Positions 1-14,190 of a DNA stretch of 64,000 nucleotides are shown one piece after another. The stretch is from Amphiscolops sp. MND2022. Lineage: Eukaryota. The notes under the pieces were generated by a model, which made no database searches, was not told the origin of the DNA, and saw only the letters and a program-made list of their open reading frames with translations. A program made the translations under genes and the position numbers. Position 1 is the first letter of the stretch, and each line of letters opens with the position of its first letter. Location of the stretch: positions 37,262,001 to 37,326,000 of the forward strand of contig OZ076421.1 in NCBI GenBank assembly GCA_964187785.1, read 5' to 3'.

Positions 1-746
1 AAACAATTTAATGAAGTGACCCTGGCAAATGGCACTATTAGAGCGGAATGCAAAGAATGCAAGGCAAGCATCGTGGGACTTGTGTCACGACTGAAAACCC
101 ATTTCGAAGCATGTTCTAAGAAGAGAGCTGCACCACAAAACACAACAGATGATGAACCCACGCCAAAACAGACAAAATAATCGACATTGCCATTTCTCAC
201 TTCCGGGACGAAGCAGCATGAAATACATCTTCAAATTGCGAGGTGCATCATTGCAACAGGAAGTGCTTTTCGAAGCGTTGAAAACAAGCAATTCAAAAAT
301 ATGGTACAATTACTTCGCCCTGGAACTGTTTTGCCCACGCGTCAACTTGTTTCCGGCACCTTGCTGGATGAAATATATGACATCGATACATAAATTGACA
401 TCAATAGAAATGACCGCTGCATTCGATTACATTAAGAACTATTCCCCAGGAGCGTTTCCTCAAGTTATGATTTACATGGCAAAAGAAGCGCCATTTTCAA
501 GCAATCTTTTCGGAAAGGACTACGAAAATATATCAGCTACATCTTGGTTGAAAACGGGTAGACGATTGTGACTTCCAGATGATCTCGTAAATGTTGAATT
601 GCCACTTGTAGCTGCCGCTTCCAGTTCAGCTGGACTGGAGAGGCAATTTTCGAATCTGGGGTTGACGTATGGAACTCTGACTGCTCAACTTGGTGTTGGA
701 AAAACTGGGAAAATTGCCTTCCTGTATCGCGAACTAAACAAATAAA
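1..746 (+). pseudogene. Decayed, internally deleted hAT-superfamily transposase
   Basis: Frame 1 from base 1 reads AECKECKASIVGLVSRLKTHFEAC (BED-type Zn finger), then after a stop IARCIIATGSAFRSVENKQFKNMVQLLRPGTVLPTRQLVSGTLLDEIY (hAT N-terminal helical region). A second frame gives LVAAASSSAGLERQFSNLGLTYGTLTAQLGVGKTGKIAFLYRELNK* (hAT C-terminal dimerisation motif). The catalytic core is missing and there are in-frame stops. Confidence 0.8.
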
Positions 747-1054
747 TTGCTCCTCCAATTGAATTTTTGGAACATTTGTTTTACTGTAACGTTTGTTGTA
801 TTATGTTGTATTTTTTATTATTACAAAAAAAACAATAAAATACAAAAAAACAGTATAATTCAGAAAAAAACATGTTTTAAACAATTTAAGGAAAAAAAAC
901 TGTTGAATATAACAACGATGAAAAAAAACAGAAAGGCCTTTTGGTGGAATGACAAAAATTTGAACAAAAGTTGCGCAAGGTTGTACTGAGAACAAAACCA
1001 AAGTAGATCTTTTCCTTTGAACGGTTTGTAATTTGGGTAAACGTGAAATAATCT

Positions 1055-1320
1055 AGCAAGACGCTCGCTAAAAACCGGGATATTTTCCGCTAAAAATGTA
1101 ACGTATCAGTCCAGGTTCGACCCCACGACCTTGTGTCTGCCAGACAGACGCACTGCCAACTATGTCATTTACTAAGTAACTAGAATAGTCAAGTAGCTGA
1201 ATTGTCAAGTAACTCTAAATGAGGTTGATGGTGAAACTGGGAGAAGATTTTGCAGAATTTGGAAAAAACGCAACACAGATTATGATTTTCCTTCCCCATT
1301 ACATGCAAGCGGAAAATAAA
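1055..1320 (-). mobile_element. HINE/DINE-1-like non-autonomous element, family B (contains a tRNA-like segment at about 1095-1155)
   Basis: Terminus AGCAAGACGCTCGCT resembles the family end AACAAGACGCCCGCT. Subterminal inverted repeats TATTTTCCGC (about 1080) and GCGGAAAATA (about 1309). Internal GTCAAGTAACT repeats. Confidence 0.65.
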
Positions 1321-1580
1321 AAGAAACCCTTGGCATCTTTGTGTAACCTACTTTCGAAACGAAAATGCATGGCAGTACCAATTACAAACGGCTCTTTCTA
1401 ATCGAAGCGAAGCCTATCTTCATTTGATTTTCACATGCAAATTATACTTTTTCTGTGAAAAAAAGTGTGACATTGACCAACCTTTTCAACTTTGAGCCTT
1501 CATTTCTCGTCCTCTATGGTAGACTAACGTTTCGTTTTTTCAACAAAAACACGACACGACTCTGGAATACTTTTCAGTAG

Positions 1581-1990
1581 AAACGAAACGCCCGCTAAGC
1601 ACCAGGATATGTTCCGCCTTCTTCGCCTTCACCAACTGAGCCACAGGTTTTTTGGGTGAGTTATTTTGGGGAATAGAATTCAAAGTATAACATCTAAACT
1701 TTAGTGATTTTAGATCTTATTTTTTTTAGATACTATTCCCGTCCTGAAATTTTAGATCTTATTCGCTTTAGATCTTATTCACATTTTTTCATTTTTGACT
1801 TTAGATATTATTCCCCCCTCTAAGCAGTTTTATTCACTTGACTGTTTTGTAAAATAGTCAAGTAACTAAAAAACTAGTCAAGTAACTAAGTGAAGTGAGA
1901 AAGTGTAGAAAAAAGAGAAGTGAAGAGTGGAGTTATGGCAGATTTTGGAACAAAAAACTCAACACAGATCATGATTTTCCTCCTCCTATA
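1581..1990 (-). mobile_element. HINE-like family B copy with internal TAGATCTTATTC tandem repeats
   Basis: ACGCCCGCTAAGCACCAGGATATGTTCCGCC end and the ...ACACAGATCATGATTTTCCTCC block are shared with the copies at 19194, 35624, 44218 and 54403. Confidence 0.65.
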
Positions 1991-3509
1991 TCTTCGGGAG
2001 TATTTGTGATGCAGCGAATTTTTTTCTCTGAAAGATGTTCAAAGCTGTGGATGCAATGGTGTAATCCAGAGCAGAGCAGACTCTTCATCTACAGCTTAGT
2101 TGTACGATCAAAACATAAATTGAAACATTTAGCAGATTTTAGGTAGAAGAAAAAAGCGACGCGGAAAGCAGTCAGACTTTTGTGACTATGACCACTTCAC
2201 TCTCGAAGTTTTAGCTTTAGGTTCTTTCAAACACATTCCATTTGCTTTCTATAGAATGGAAATACGCGAAAAGAAGCTGACTTGGACAACTGAACTCCAC
2301 TCCCTCGAAAAGTCATTTATATTCGTACAGCATATTGTGTCCTCCATTAGGGCATGGTTCTGAAAACAATATAAATAAAATCTATTTCCCTGGTGTGAAT
2401 ACCGTTTTATCCTAGAAAAAACCTCACTGGAGTGGAAACAAAAAAAACTTGAAAAAAAACAAGCATTTTTATATCAACGCAAACCACTTTTGCTCTAATA
2501 AATTATGAAAAGGCTTCCGAAATTCAACACCGTTGCTTCAGGAAATAGAAAATACAAAATTTAAGGAAAAGGGAAGAAAATTTAAGAAGACTACCAACTT
2601 GGTTCAAACCGTTATTCAATTCATCCCTTCTTCGTGAACCGCTTTTAAGTAAACAAAAAATTGGTAAACAGTGGGCGGTTTCTGGGACAAAACTATCGTG
2701 TTACCTCACCCATGTTTGAATAACCTTTTTCCAAGAAAGACCCATTTTCACACAAATATTTATTTTATTTTCAAAAAGCAAACAGATTCTACAGCGTTCA
2801 TTGACCCTTCTCAATATCTCTTTAAAATTCTTTTTAAAGGGGGTAATTCTTTAAAACTGTCAGTTCTAGTATTTTCGTTTTTATTGCCCATCAATAACAA
2901 AAACTAAAAAAAGAATAGGTACTTCCATTTATAAAAAACAACCTCACTTTTATTACTTTTTTGCCTCAATTTCTGCTTCTTTGTTTTCCTCTCATAATGT
3001 TTGAGTTTTACGGTGTTGTTAAAATGTATGTGCTGCAGATCAACTTCAAAAAAGACCTTTTGCGGCTAATAATGTCCTTTTCTTAAAATTTGGCTAAACT
3101 AATTTTTGTTTAACCAACATCATTAAAGCGAATTCTTCGAGGAACAGAGAGAAAGCTTCAGTTTCACGAACGTCTTGAAAACTGAGAACTTCCTTATTCT
3201 TCTTCTAATGAAGTCAAATCCCGTCAAATCATCCTTTTGTTTTGCGAAAGAAAATAATGATGTTGCATTTGCTGGCCATTAGCGAAATCTATTACTTTTT
3301 GCAAAATGCCGTTTTCGCCATAACTGGTTTCCTCAATAAATGGTAAGTGTTTAAGCAATTCCCACTTTTTAGTCGACTTCAATCTTTCAATATCTTTTTT
3401 CCGTGGTTAAAAAAGTTTGAGTATTCATTTGTTGTTTCATTTTGACAGTGAACTTTTTGCCTTTTTGCAAGAGCTTGAACCCCATAACTGTATAAACTGT
3501 ATACTGGAG

Positions 3510-3750
3510 AACATAACAACGTAACGGCAATCAGTTATCGGCCGCTTAGCGCTTTACACGAGGTGGAGGGATCTGCAAAACGGGAGTATCGCTCAGGACT
3601 GACACTCATCGCAACAAGTCCATTTTGCATCCAGGGTGAAATACGCAACCCCCCCCCCCCGTTGGGCCGTGGGGAGGTCGCCCTCTAGTTGAATACTTAC
3701 TAACCGGTCCTAGTGTGTGACTGCTATGAGTTTAGCACCTGTAAAAGAAG
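3510..3750 (-). mobile_element. Possible SINE (weak 5S rRNA-like head, L2-like tail)
   Basis: GC-rich island. The - strand has GCTAA...GGTTAGTA...GAGGGGCGACC, loosely like the 5S internal promoter, then TGTAAAGCGCT and a GTTACGTTGTTATGTT tail. Only one copy in the window. Confidence 0.25.
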
Positions 3751-4242
3751 TGCTTTACAGTTTTTCTCCTTTCTCTGCTTCTGTCAGGTTCTCTCGATCT
3801 CGGTCTGCGTTATACATACAAAATGGCGGAAACAGCGAAAACAGCAATCACGTGCCCAATACCAATACCACGTCAAACGTTGGATAAGAATTTTTCACAA
3901 AATTTCTGCAGCGTGTTTCAATCGCATATTAGAGGGTGACGTTACGAGGTCGTCTAGCGATCCGTGAAAACTTGGCTGCAAAGCAACTCATTTTACGAAA
4001 CTTTTTAATCAGGAAAATTCACGGTTTTGACGAAGAAAGTAATAAAACAGCTGATTTGATAATCGAAATTGGGCACCGAAATGCACATTTAGGCTTATAT
4101 GTTTTGCACGTTTTGCTTATTATTTCTATGTGGAATTATTTGTTCTAATCTATATAACGAAAGCTGAAACTATAAACGTTCAGGTTTTCCTCAACGGATT
4201 TCCAAATAGCATTTCCATGTGAACTAATTTCTTCCTTGAATC

Positions 4243-4278
<36 letters not shown>
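4243..4278. repeat. (CT)n microsatellite
   Basis: Direct reading: tcctctctcctctctctctctctctctctctctc. Confidence 0.95.
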
Positions 4279-4282
<4 letters not shown>

Positions 4283-6229
4283 CTTGCTCTGTTGTTGAAC
4301 CCTCTGGGCGACACAATCAAAACAAGTTATATACATTACACGTAATAATGGATATATCAGTTCATTTTTCATTGATAACACGACCCCACTAGATATATAT
4401 GCAGGTATATTGAATTGTCCATTGACAATTCCCCCCCCACCCAAAAAATCTCTTCCGTGGATATACCAAATTTTTACAGCCATGAATGAGACTTTGTTTC
4501 AAATTACATCAAATTATGCTGATAGTCCTGACTTTCAATCCTTATTCCCAATCATACCTCTATTTTTTGACAGACAAATTTCATTTTTTTACAGACAAAC
4601 AGAAGAATCCAAAAAGAAGAAGCAATATTCTACACTAAGGCACGTGCCAAGAAAGCTAAGGACACTCGATTTCGCTAACGGTATGTTTCAAAACGCAACA
4701 AGTTTTTAATGATGTGCATACAAGTTACTAAATATGTCAAGAGATGTAATTTTTGTTTTTTTTTAGATTTTGAAGCACCACTCTAAATCGATGAAAATTT
4801 GAGAGAATTTCTCTCGTGAGATTTTTTTTACCTCAAGTTGGCCTTAAAGGAGTAACAAAACCGTTCAACTACTTTTTTTATCGAAGCATTCATTCTTTTG
4901 TCACATCCATATCCCTTTTAACGGACATTGATTGGTTCTCCACATAAGGTCAAGAATGAACAAATTGGCATCACAATGGTAATTTTGAACTGCTAATGTT
5001 TCTGACAGAAATTAGATTATTGGTTGTATAATAGATAATAAATTGATTAACACAGGCGTTAAAAGATTATTTTATGTTAATTCATTAATGAAATGCAATG
5101 TATGGACCCAAGTGTCCCATAAAAGGACCATAGTATGGTGATTCTGAGATTTAGATAATTTTGCATTTGTATGGTCAATGTATGATTAAATTGACGTCAT
5201 GCTTTTTTTTAATCTAAATGCTTCTGTACGAAGGTCAACCCGGCAAGCTCATTCTTATCAGTTAAAGATTCTGAGATCATGCATTATGAAGTTTGAAAAA
5301 TCCAAACTCCTGAAAAAACACAATAAAACTTTTGAAGAATTTCATTCATTTTGATCTCAAATCAATTAACACATTTGTAATGCTGATCAAAATCAGCTAT
5401 TTTCATCCTAGAGATATTTTGTCAAATGTATGTTAAAAGAAACTTTGCGCTTTCAAATTTTCCGCCTGTGATGTTAGCTGTCTTTTTGGTATCATAGTGA
5501 AACGCCTTTCAACTTGGTTAATTTCAAAGCATTTGCGATAAACAATTCCCCAAATGGTCTTTTATTTCTGTTTGTAAGCTTTTAGACATCTATCGAGGTA
5601 CGGAGTTTCTGAGAGACTTGAAGTTATTATTTAGTTTAGCTTGAACTCTTTGAGAAAACATCAAAAACATTGCCGTTTTGTTAGACATTGCAAACATCAA
5701 TAAGTTTCAAACGAAGTTTCAGTAGTTGAGTTGATTTTGAAATTTTAACCGTAAACGGATAAAAAACTTCTTGAGGGAGGCATCGATGGTTTTATTAATC
5801 ACTTTTCTACCGATCAGCTCGAATAAAAACAGTGGAATGAAACTTTAAATCAAATGCCCGCAGTATTCGCCAAAAACATCCAAAGTAACTTTTTTGGTAA
5901 TCTCAAGTAATCACATTTTTATACTTTTGCACACAGATCGGACACTTTCCGCATAAATCTACCTATTATGGATGATCGTACTCAAAATATATTCCCTCTG
6001 TAATCTCCCGAGGTCTCAAGTTAGAATAACCGATCCGATTTTTATGACAATTCAAAATCCGTAAAAAGGGTGTTTTGGGCATTTCAATATTGTTGACACG
6101 GTAAGATTGGATGATTTTGATCCTTTTCAGGCTATTTCCCGGCATTCGTAATTTATCATGCATTTTCGGAATTAGCAACTACCTCGTTGATTAACAGCAA
6201 TGGAAACGTTTTCTCGTCAATTGTGAGTA

Positions 6230-7250
6230 CCAGATTCAAACGCTATTTAGATTTAACAAACAATACTGGTCAGGAACAGGCTGGCTTTAGAAAAAGAAGG
6301 ATACAGTTGTGGGGACCATACGTTCTCTTTGACTAAAACCTATCTCGGTATTTGACAATTGACCTTGGAGTGTACCCTTTCTTGCCTTTAAAAAGCATTC
6401 GATTTAGTTGATTGACCTATTTTTTGAACACCTTACAGGATAGTAATATCAATTGGGAAATTTTCAAAGTCATACGTGGTTTGAACTAAGAAACAAAAGC
6501 AGGTTTCAAAGTGGGCATGTGAGTATGGTGTTGGGTAGGGTGGCAATTTATCAACGCAATTGTTCTTTTGGTCAACTTGTTCAAAACGTACTTGGAACAT
6601 CATTGTAACAGATTGAGTTTTCTACCGAAGTTACTTGAGTGCAAGCAGAAAATCAAATAGGGGGAAATCTTTGCATTTCTGAATGCATACGATACCATTA
6701 TTTTGACAGAAAACGATCAGTGCTTGCAAGAAGTGATGTTTGTATGCGACATTCCGATAGAAACACTTGATAGCCTCTGCATTTCAGGAACAAAATTCAA
6801 GTACAATGTCACGTTGACAAAAGCAACGTTGACAAAGCAACGAAGGCGTTATTCAAAGTGAGAGCCAATAAATGGTTATGAACTGGCAAAACAGACAAAA
6901 TTACTTTTGGTCGACTCAATAACTTTATTCGATTGTTACCTATTGCTGTGAAATTGGGGGAAATGAACGTTTTGAACATTTTGAAAATTTTCATCACAAT
7001 TTTCTGCGTACGCTTTTGATTGTTTCTAACAGGTAGGAAAAATCAACACATTTGGCTGTGAGTTTAGGGTTTCTGGAGAAGGTTAAGCGACGACAGAATC
7101 AAACATTCATTCCTATCAAACACGTATCCACGAAAAAACCGCTCATTGATGTTTGTCATGTGTTCATACAGTATTGCTAGAAGTCTGAATTCCCGGTTCC
7201 TAACTTTTTATCAAAAATGTTAATGATTCTCACCTTAAAGAATAACTCAA
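6230..7250 (+). pseudogene. Decayed non-LTR (LINE) reverse transcriptase fragment
   Basis: Broken frames give GQEQAGFRK, CGDHTFSL, KKAFDLVD and FAFLNAYDTIILTENDQCLQE (degenerate YADD region), typical LINE RT motifs. Confidence 0.6.
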
Positions 7251-10200
7251 GCAAAAGCAACAAGACGTGTCAAAACAACAGCGGTAACTCACTCTGCAGA
7301 GTGTATGCTTCATCTAAGTATAAATATCGCGAAGAGCCATATGTTTTTTTCCTTGAAAACAAAAGATAGAACTGAGTAGATTTCGACATGCTGCACTGAT
7401 TACAACAGAGGCCAGGAAAAGTATACAGATGTAAAACAAACGTATTGTCCAATCTGTAATCATTAGGCCAATGCCAATGAGTACCTCTTTTACTGATCTA
7501 TGCTGAGCAACAAAACCTACGTGCAAAATACCTGAACAACTGCTATCAACAAAACCCACAGTCCGCTGAAATTTTTATAATTTGAGCTTTGCACACCCTG
7601 CAATGTAAAAACGAAAAAAATCAAAATTCATTGAGCAGTTTTGATGTGGGTTTTGACATCGCTGGTTTTTCTTGGTAATCGCTAAATCGCTAGTTCGAAA
7701 ATTGCTAATTCGATTGGAAACCGCTTCTTCAAACTATTGAATAATTTATTTCAAGTGTATTCTGAAACCAAAGGATAGCTCTATTCAGTTTTTCACAAGA
7801 AAAAATTATTACATTATCCACTAGATTCATCGAGTTTTCTCAGTACTTTTTCAAGGCAAGTTTTCGCCCATGTCCAGCCATGGATTCGTGATTGAACATG
7901 TGAAAATGAAAAACCGGGCAATCTTCCGAGCATGCTTCCCGTTTGTTCCACGAAGTAGTTTTGCAGCTTCTAGGGTCTTCTTTGCACCGTATTTTTTGAT
8001 ACGCTAGCAACCCTTTCAACAATGAAGCTCGCAGAACACAACACAGGCTGAATTGATCGATGTACCGTTGAAATTTAACAAAAACGAAATCGATTGAAAG
8101 TGCTCTCAGAAGTGGCTACAAATGGTTTTTAAAAGTTGACCTCAGACCTTGTGCCATCGCCGAGTAGAGCCTAATAAATTTTTACATAATGAGAGTTTGT
8201 TAAAACAACGTTTCCGGGAGCAATTATTTGAAAGAAGACTCACTCTAGCTGCGAAACTACCCTCTGAAACTGGTTGCTCTTAAAATACCGATAAATTGCA
8301 TCGTTTCTTCTCATTTAATTCTCAACAGGTAGCCTTCATTGAACTCAGAAAACTCACTAACTCGTTTCTGCCATGGAATCGGCTTGAAGAGCCGAGAAAG
8401 CTCATCTCATGTCCAAACAGAAGTTTTATACTATTCACTTAAATAAACTTTCTTTTTATTTCCTTCCCTATTCCGTGATGAGTTTATTATTGGCAAAAAG
8501 TTAAATTTCAATGTTATTTTATTATCATTATTACTATCTAGTATTTATCGGAAAATAATCATTATATTGGGGTTTGGTCGGAAAACAACCAAGTCGGTTG
8601 AGTTTCTTTAAAATCACTAATCCAAACGTGCTAATGTATGAATTCAGTATGAATAATGCCCGCACATGCATGGATAATGCATGTACCGGCATGTAATATA
8701 AAGTGTTTTCGTCATCATGCGTGGAATCACATGATTCTCAGCCCCATAATTTCGTCATACTTCCTCAATGTCACCATATTTTGTCCAGCTGACACTAAGA
8801 ACAGTGAAAATTGTCAAAACCTCTCCATGATGAATCGATGCGACCTCTGCTGAGCTCTGTTGCCATGATTTCAAAAATGCGAAATTTAAAAGAGGAATGT
8901 TGGAAATTTCCCTTACGTAATTTCCCACAATGCTCCGGTTGGTTCAGGTGTCATTTGCTTTTTTGCTGGCATCTCATTCATTTTCGACAGACATTGATCC
9001 AAATGAAATGGCCTAATACACATTTACTGAAACCAGACCTTTCTGGGTAAGTTTGATTCAAAGTTTTAACGCGAAAACGTATCACTCGAAGTTGTTGAGT
9101 GACTTGCATAATAAGGATCTAGATAAATGTAGATTAGCAAAATCTAGTGCGAACGTGCTGTTTACGTGGAAGCGTGTATCCTTTGATACTTCAAAAGAAA
9201 ATGCACAGTTGCGCGAAGTTATAACCTAGGTTATAAATTATGAGCGGCTGAACTTATAACAGAGCCAAGGTACAAAGAGTTAGATTTGCCGGCCATTATA
9301 ACCGACGTGAGGCGGAAAAATTGGCAACAGGTAAAGTTTGGAAGCAAATGCGACACACTCTTTTTCCCAACTTAAAATGTGTCTTGTCTAGATTATCTCG
9401 GGACTGCCGGTAAAGTTTATATTTTCCAATACTTTTCCCAACAATTTTGCGCTACCATTACACCTCAAGTGCTTTCGGGGGCCGGCTAAGCAACGAGACG
9501 ATTTGGAATTGGGGTGTACTAAGGATAGACACCAAAGGGGGCTCCTAAACATAGACGCCTAAGGGTATGAGGGTATGGTTCTTATTATAACCCCCAACGG
9601 GGCATTTCAAGTGTGAGCACCAAGGAGGGGGGGGGAGTTTATAGGTACCAGTCTGTACGGGTGTCACCTAGAGAAGTAAAGGGATGGGTCGGTTTCGTGT
9701 TTCGTGGGCGGCCTTCTTTGAATGTAGAGGTAAGAAGGGGGCTTTAAGGGGCGGGCGGGGGAGGTTGTCGAAACTGGTATTCGTAAGATAGTTGGTATTT
9801 GGGGCGGAAGAGACTTTAGCGCGGGAAAGTGACTTGTTGTTGGCTAACAGGGAGAGAGGGAAAGAGATATACTATATTATGCAATCACAAGTTGTGTGTG
9901 GTTCAGTGTCCGGTTGCAATGATTGGCTCAATATTGTGCTAGTATGTGCAGTATAATATTGCGCAATAATATTCAAGCCGCCAGCAATGTCTTATATTTT
10001 CGAAAGAAATATTGCGAAATAAACTTCTTCCCAACAGCGGCAAATGTTTATGAACCGTTCAGCTAGACAATTTCTTGATACCTCAAATAACCAGCACAGT
10101 TTATAAACTTTGAGTTTATAAATAATATAATCGCTCTTTGTCGCTGCTGCTTTTGATGACGTAGCTTTTCCCTAAGTACGTTTTCTCACCAAAATGCGTG

Positions 10201-11011
10201 TAAATTGATAATTTTTCTCAAGGTTCCTTCGCTTTAGATCCCAAGACTTCCTCGAATGTTTTTCAAATTTAATTTATGAATTTCAGCGAATGAAAATTTC
10301 AGCCCAAACAACGCCATACTTTTTGTTCACCATTCAAATGCGAACAAGAACCAGCAACATATTTAACAGTGGTATACTTTAATTTTATTGGATACTGGTA
10401 GAACCATTTTACGCACCGCCGCTCCATGGAATAAATTAGTGGAAATTTTGTCAATTTTCAATCACAACCAACAATTATCCGCTTTCTTTTCCAGTCTTAC
10501 ATTCGAGAGGGGAACTTTCGCTTATCGGGGCGATCCCTTTTCTCTATCCCAAAATTTCTTTGTCTTTGCTTAATCTTATCAGTTGGTAATGCCTACCTTT
10601 ACCAAATATCATTATTGGAAGTAATTTTGTCTCCGCCAAGCCGGCAACTTGGCAAAAATTTGGCGATATTTTAATCTGGCTCAGAAATTAAGTTAGCTTC
10701 AAAGGGTCTTTACTCAATTTTCCTTTGTTATCTTTCCTCGAATTATTCACTTCTAAGTTAATCTCTCTTAGCGAAAAATATCAAGTACTTTTTATCACAA
10801 TTCCTTCATTTCAGCTCGGCGCGGATAAGGAGAAATTTTGGAAGGAATCTACAACAAGCATATCTGCGTAACTGATTCCATATTTCAACGCTGGTCCTAA
10901 AAGCGCCGGAATTAACTCGATTTATTTTGACGTCACTTCAAAGCGGCCAAATTTGCATCTGCGATGTTGTTGTTATTATAAATTATTATAACTTATGCAC
11001 ACCTTCGGACA

Positions 11012-11305
11012 ATGGAGCACATCTTTACCAGCTCAATATTATTAACTTATCACAGCGTATTTCCTCATAGTAATTGGATTACTACAACTGTGATAACTTT
11101 TTCGTTATTACTAGTTTATATCTTGCCTCACAATTGCCTCGCTTCCTTGGATTTGGGCGAGGCTTTTGAGAATGAAGAGACGAATATTGGGGCCGACATT
11201 TTGTTCACGACCAAAGAATTTCTCAAGAAAAAGAACACCCTTCCTCCTTTAGAGCCCCCTCACCCGCGAACGCCCGATGATGACTCAAGGACATACCCCA
11301 TACAG
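11012..11305 (+). CDS. Cys-loop ligand-gated anion channel, exon 1 (signal peptide and N-terminus)
   Basis: ATG at 11012; hydrophobic ITTTVITFSLLLVYILPHNCLA signal-like stretch. Ends ...RTYPIQ at CAG|GTTAGA donor (11305/11306), 294 nt, phase 0, and joins VGIELHVES of exon 2. Confidence 0.75.
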
Positions 11306-11697
11306 GTTAGAGACACCCAGAAAATTTCAGATAAAATATGATTGCGACATTTATTGCAATTGAATTTTAAAAAAGGAAAAATAAAAATGCCGACAAGATC
11401 TTTCGGTTTTCTTGAAAATTGACAATTTTTAAGGTCTGCCCTGGTTGACAGTATATGTATATATATTAGTAAGATCTTGGCAAGATCTTGGAACAATCTT
11501 GGCTAAGATCTAGGCAAGATCTTGCCAGTATGCGCATTTTGTCATGATAAGACCTTATTCAGGACAGTCATGTTTCCTCCAAAGAAAATCTCATTAGAAA
11601 GCCGAAAATGGCAAAAAAACCTTGTCAAGAACTGCGTGATAGCGAGAAAAACAGCATCAGAAAAACTTAATTGAAAATTACGAACTATGGTAATTTG

Positions 11698-12336
11698 AAC
11701 AAGCCGGGACCGGCCCAAGTCGGGGCCATATCCAAGGCTCAAAAATAGCAAAAAGACTTCCAAGTGTCAAGTATTCTCTTTTACAGTACTCGAAAATCAA
11801 AAATTTTCAAAAAAAAAATTTCGAAAAAATTACATACTCAAAAAAATGGGCCGACTGGCGCGCTAAAGTCTCACAATGCCGAAAAACTGAAAGGGGGACC
11901 CTTTGGGATTTTTCAACATCCATTCTGTCGCAAAACATGAAAAAATTGAAGAAAACAAAAATTTTTATTTTCGGGAAAAAATCTTACAATGCCGAAAAAC
12001 TGAAAGGGGGAACCCTTTGGGATTTTTCAACATCCATTCTGTCGCAAAACATCAAAAAAATGCAGGGGGGACCCTTTAGGGAAAAAAATTTTTCGAAAAA
12101 AAGTCTCGCAGTGCCGAAAAAAATGAAAGGGGGACCCTTTGGTCTCGCCCGGTATGGTATGTTACGCGGAAAAACAGGAAAAACCTTTTTGGTTCAGTTC
12201 GCTAGGCCAAATGGTGCAATTTGGCGCAATAATATTTTGTAGAACTTTTAAGAACTATTTTGGTCAGTTCGTGTGGATAGAAAAGAAAGAGTCACTATAA
12301 TAGTCGCGTTGCACTTCATGAAGGGCCGACTAAAAA
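11698..12336 (-). mobile_element. HINE/DINE-1-like family A copy in intron 1
   Basis: One end AACAAGCCGGGACCGGCCCAAGTCGG (reverse complement: hairpin plus CTTGTT), other end TAGTCG...CCGACTAAAAA stem-loop. Internal AAAACTGAAAGGGGGACCC tandem units. Confidence 0.75.
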
Positions 12337-14190
12337 CACTCTAAAACCCACTGAAAACTTCAAAATTACTCAAATAAGATAATCTTTACAACCAATTGAG
12401 AAACAGATCTAAAACATTTTGGAATAAGATCTAAAATCATTGGAATATCATTGGAATTATATAACATCTAAATATCCTAGTTTGACGGTGGAACGGGTTT
12501 TTTCCTTTGGATTTTAGATCTCAATGTTCATTAACAAATTCGGCGCTAGGTTGTCCCATAAAAAGTGTTCAAATAAACAATTCAGACTCGTTATCTTATA
12601 TTGCAAAAACGATCTGAACCTCATTTGATTGGTTTTTTGAGGTTATTAGGAAAACATCTGCTTGGTCGTTATATTATCTAAGCTACCAGGTAAAAGTAGT
12701 TAGGTCTACAAATGAATTGGAAAAGATTTCTGTCTTCACTTTTCAAGGCATGGGTCAGTCAGCTAGTAGAATGGAAACCGTATTACCGCTAATTTACAGT
12801 CCAAATAGATATATGATCTCGATCTACCTGAAGGTCTAGTTTGAGTGAAAAAGTTGCAATGTGTATGAATACTTTCACGATAATAGAGCCTCTGTTCTAT
12901 AATAGAGAATTCTGTTCAAAACTTCAGAACGGTCTTTGTATCAGGGCGAAAATGTTTCAAAAATCGAATCACTCGTCCTATTACTAACCTTCGAAGCCTT
13001 CCGTGCGGTATAAACGCTTTTTTGTTGAACGGTTTCGTTGAAGTTTTAAAATGCCTGAACAAAAAATTCGAGAAGGATCTGGAATATTGTACCACATTGG
13101 TATAATCACGAAGTGAAACCTGCTTGGATTATTGAAGAAACTCTTTTCACAACTTTTCTCGACATTGAAAAACACGAATATTTGACATCTTAACTGTTTA
13201 GTAAAAAAAATGTATGCCAAAGCATGTTGAACATTTTCGGTACAATTCGTAGACATTTTTACAGTTTTTCTTGGTGTCATGTTCTGACTGGAGATCAAGC
13301 ATTTGGTAAAGCTATCTTTTCCGTCCGAAGTTTGGTGAATTATTCTGAGGAAAGTCTTCGTGAAAAGGCTGGTCATTGTGATTGGTCCACGTCACTTCTA
13401 GGAGTGCATGTCATCGAATTTTTGAATCAAGATGTAGATTATGACACCTTGCAACTATTATGTTGTTGTTTCCACATATGGACTGCCATCAAGCAAGATT
13501 GTTCTTTCTATTGTCGCTACGTGACACTTTATGATTTCATGGTTACAAAACTGCGGTTTTTACGAGTTTAAATTCTAAGAAAATTGAGGCCGCAAAACTC
13601 GGCTACAAAATTATTGAGCGGGATCGAACTCGTAGCCGCACTTCAGGTTCAAAGAGTGCAACCTCTTATATATCTTTAAAAGGCTGTTTTTATTGAAAGT
13701 CTCACAGTGCCGAAAGTGTCAAGAAAGGAAGCTTTTAGTCGCGTACAGCTTTTTAATTCAAATAAAAACGATGGGAACCTCTAAGGTTGAAAAACGTTTT
13801 TTTTTTGGAAGTTGAAGATGACGGAAAAAACAAGTCCCTGTAACAATCAGGCACATTTTCTTTAAAAAATAAGCACTGTTGGTACATTCTGCTACATACA
13901 TGTTTCATAGGGTGTCACCAACTCGAGAATACTAATTGCAATGAGAGCGCTCATCAATTTTTACACCCCCACACTTGAGTAAAAACTGGGGGGTCAGATT
14001 TAAGAGAATTCTCTCCAAATAGTCCTTATCATCCCAATTCAACCCACACTGTGATAATTTCGTTAGTCTTCTGTCTATTGAAACCCCTATATATCCCTGA
14101 GTGGGGGTGCATGTACAATATACACACAATGTGTTTGCAATATGTTTGCAATATATTTACAATATAAATATTTAATACAATTGTATTTAG

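Noticed and set aside
970-989. hAT 3' terminal inverted repeat (reverse complement CAGTACAACCTTGCGCAAC)
   Set aside because: The partner TIR would lie outside the window, so it cannot be verified.
3570-3640. Hammerhead ribozyme (GCGATGAG...GATAC)
   Set aside because: The core deviates from CUGAUGA/GAAA at critical positions and stem I is absent.
9378-9883. Solo LTR or promoter in a G-rich tract upstream of the channel gene
   Set aside because: TG...CA ends can be drawn, but there is no TSD, no second copy and no direct promoter evidence.
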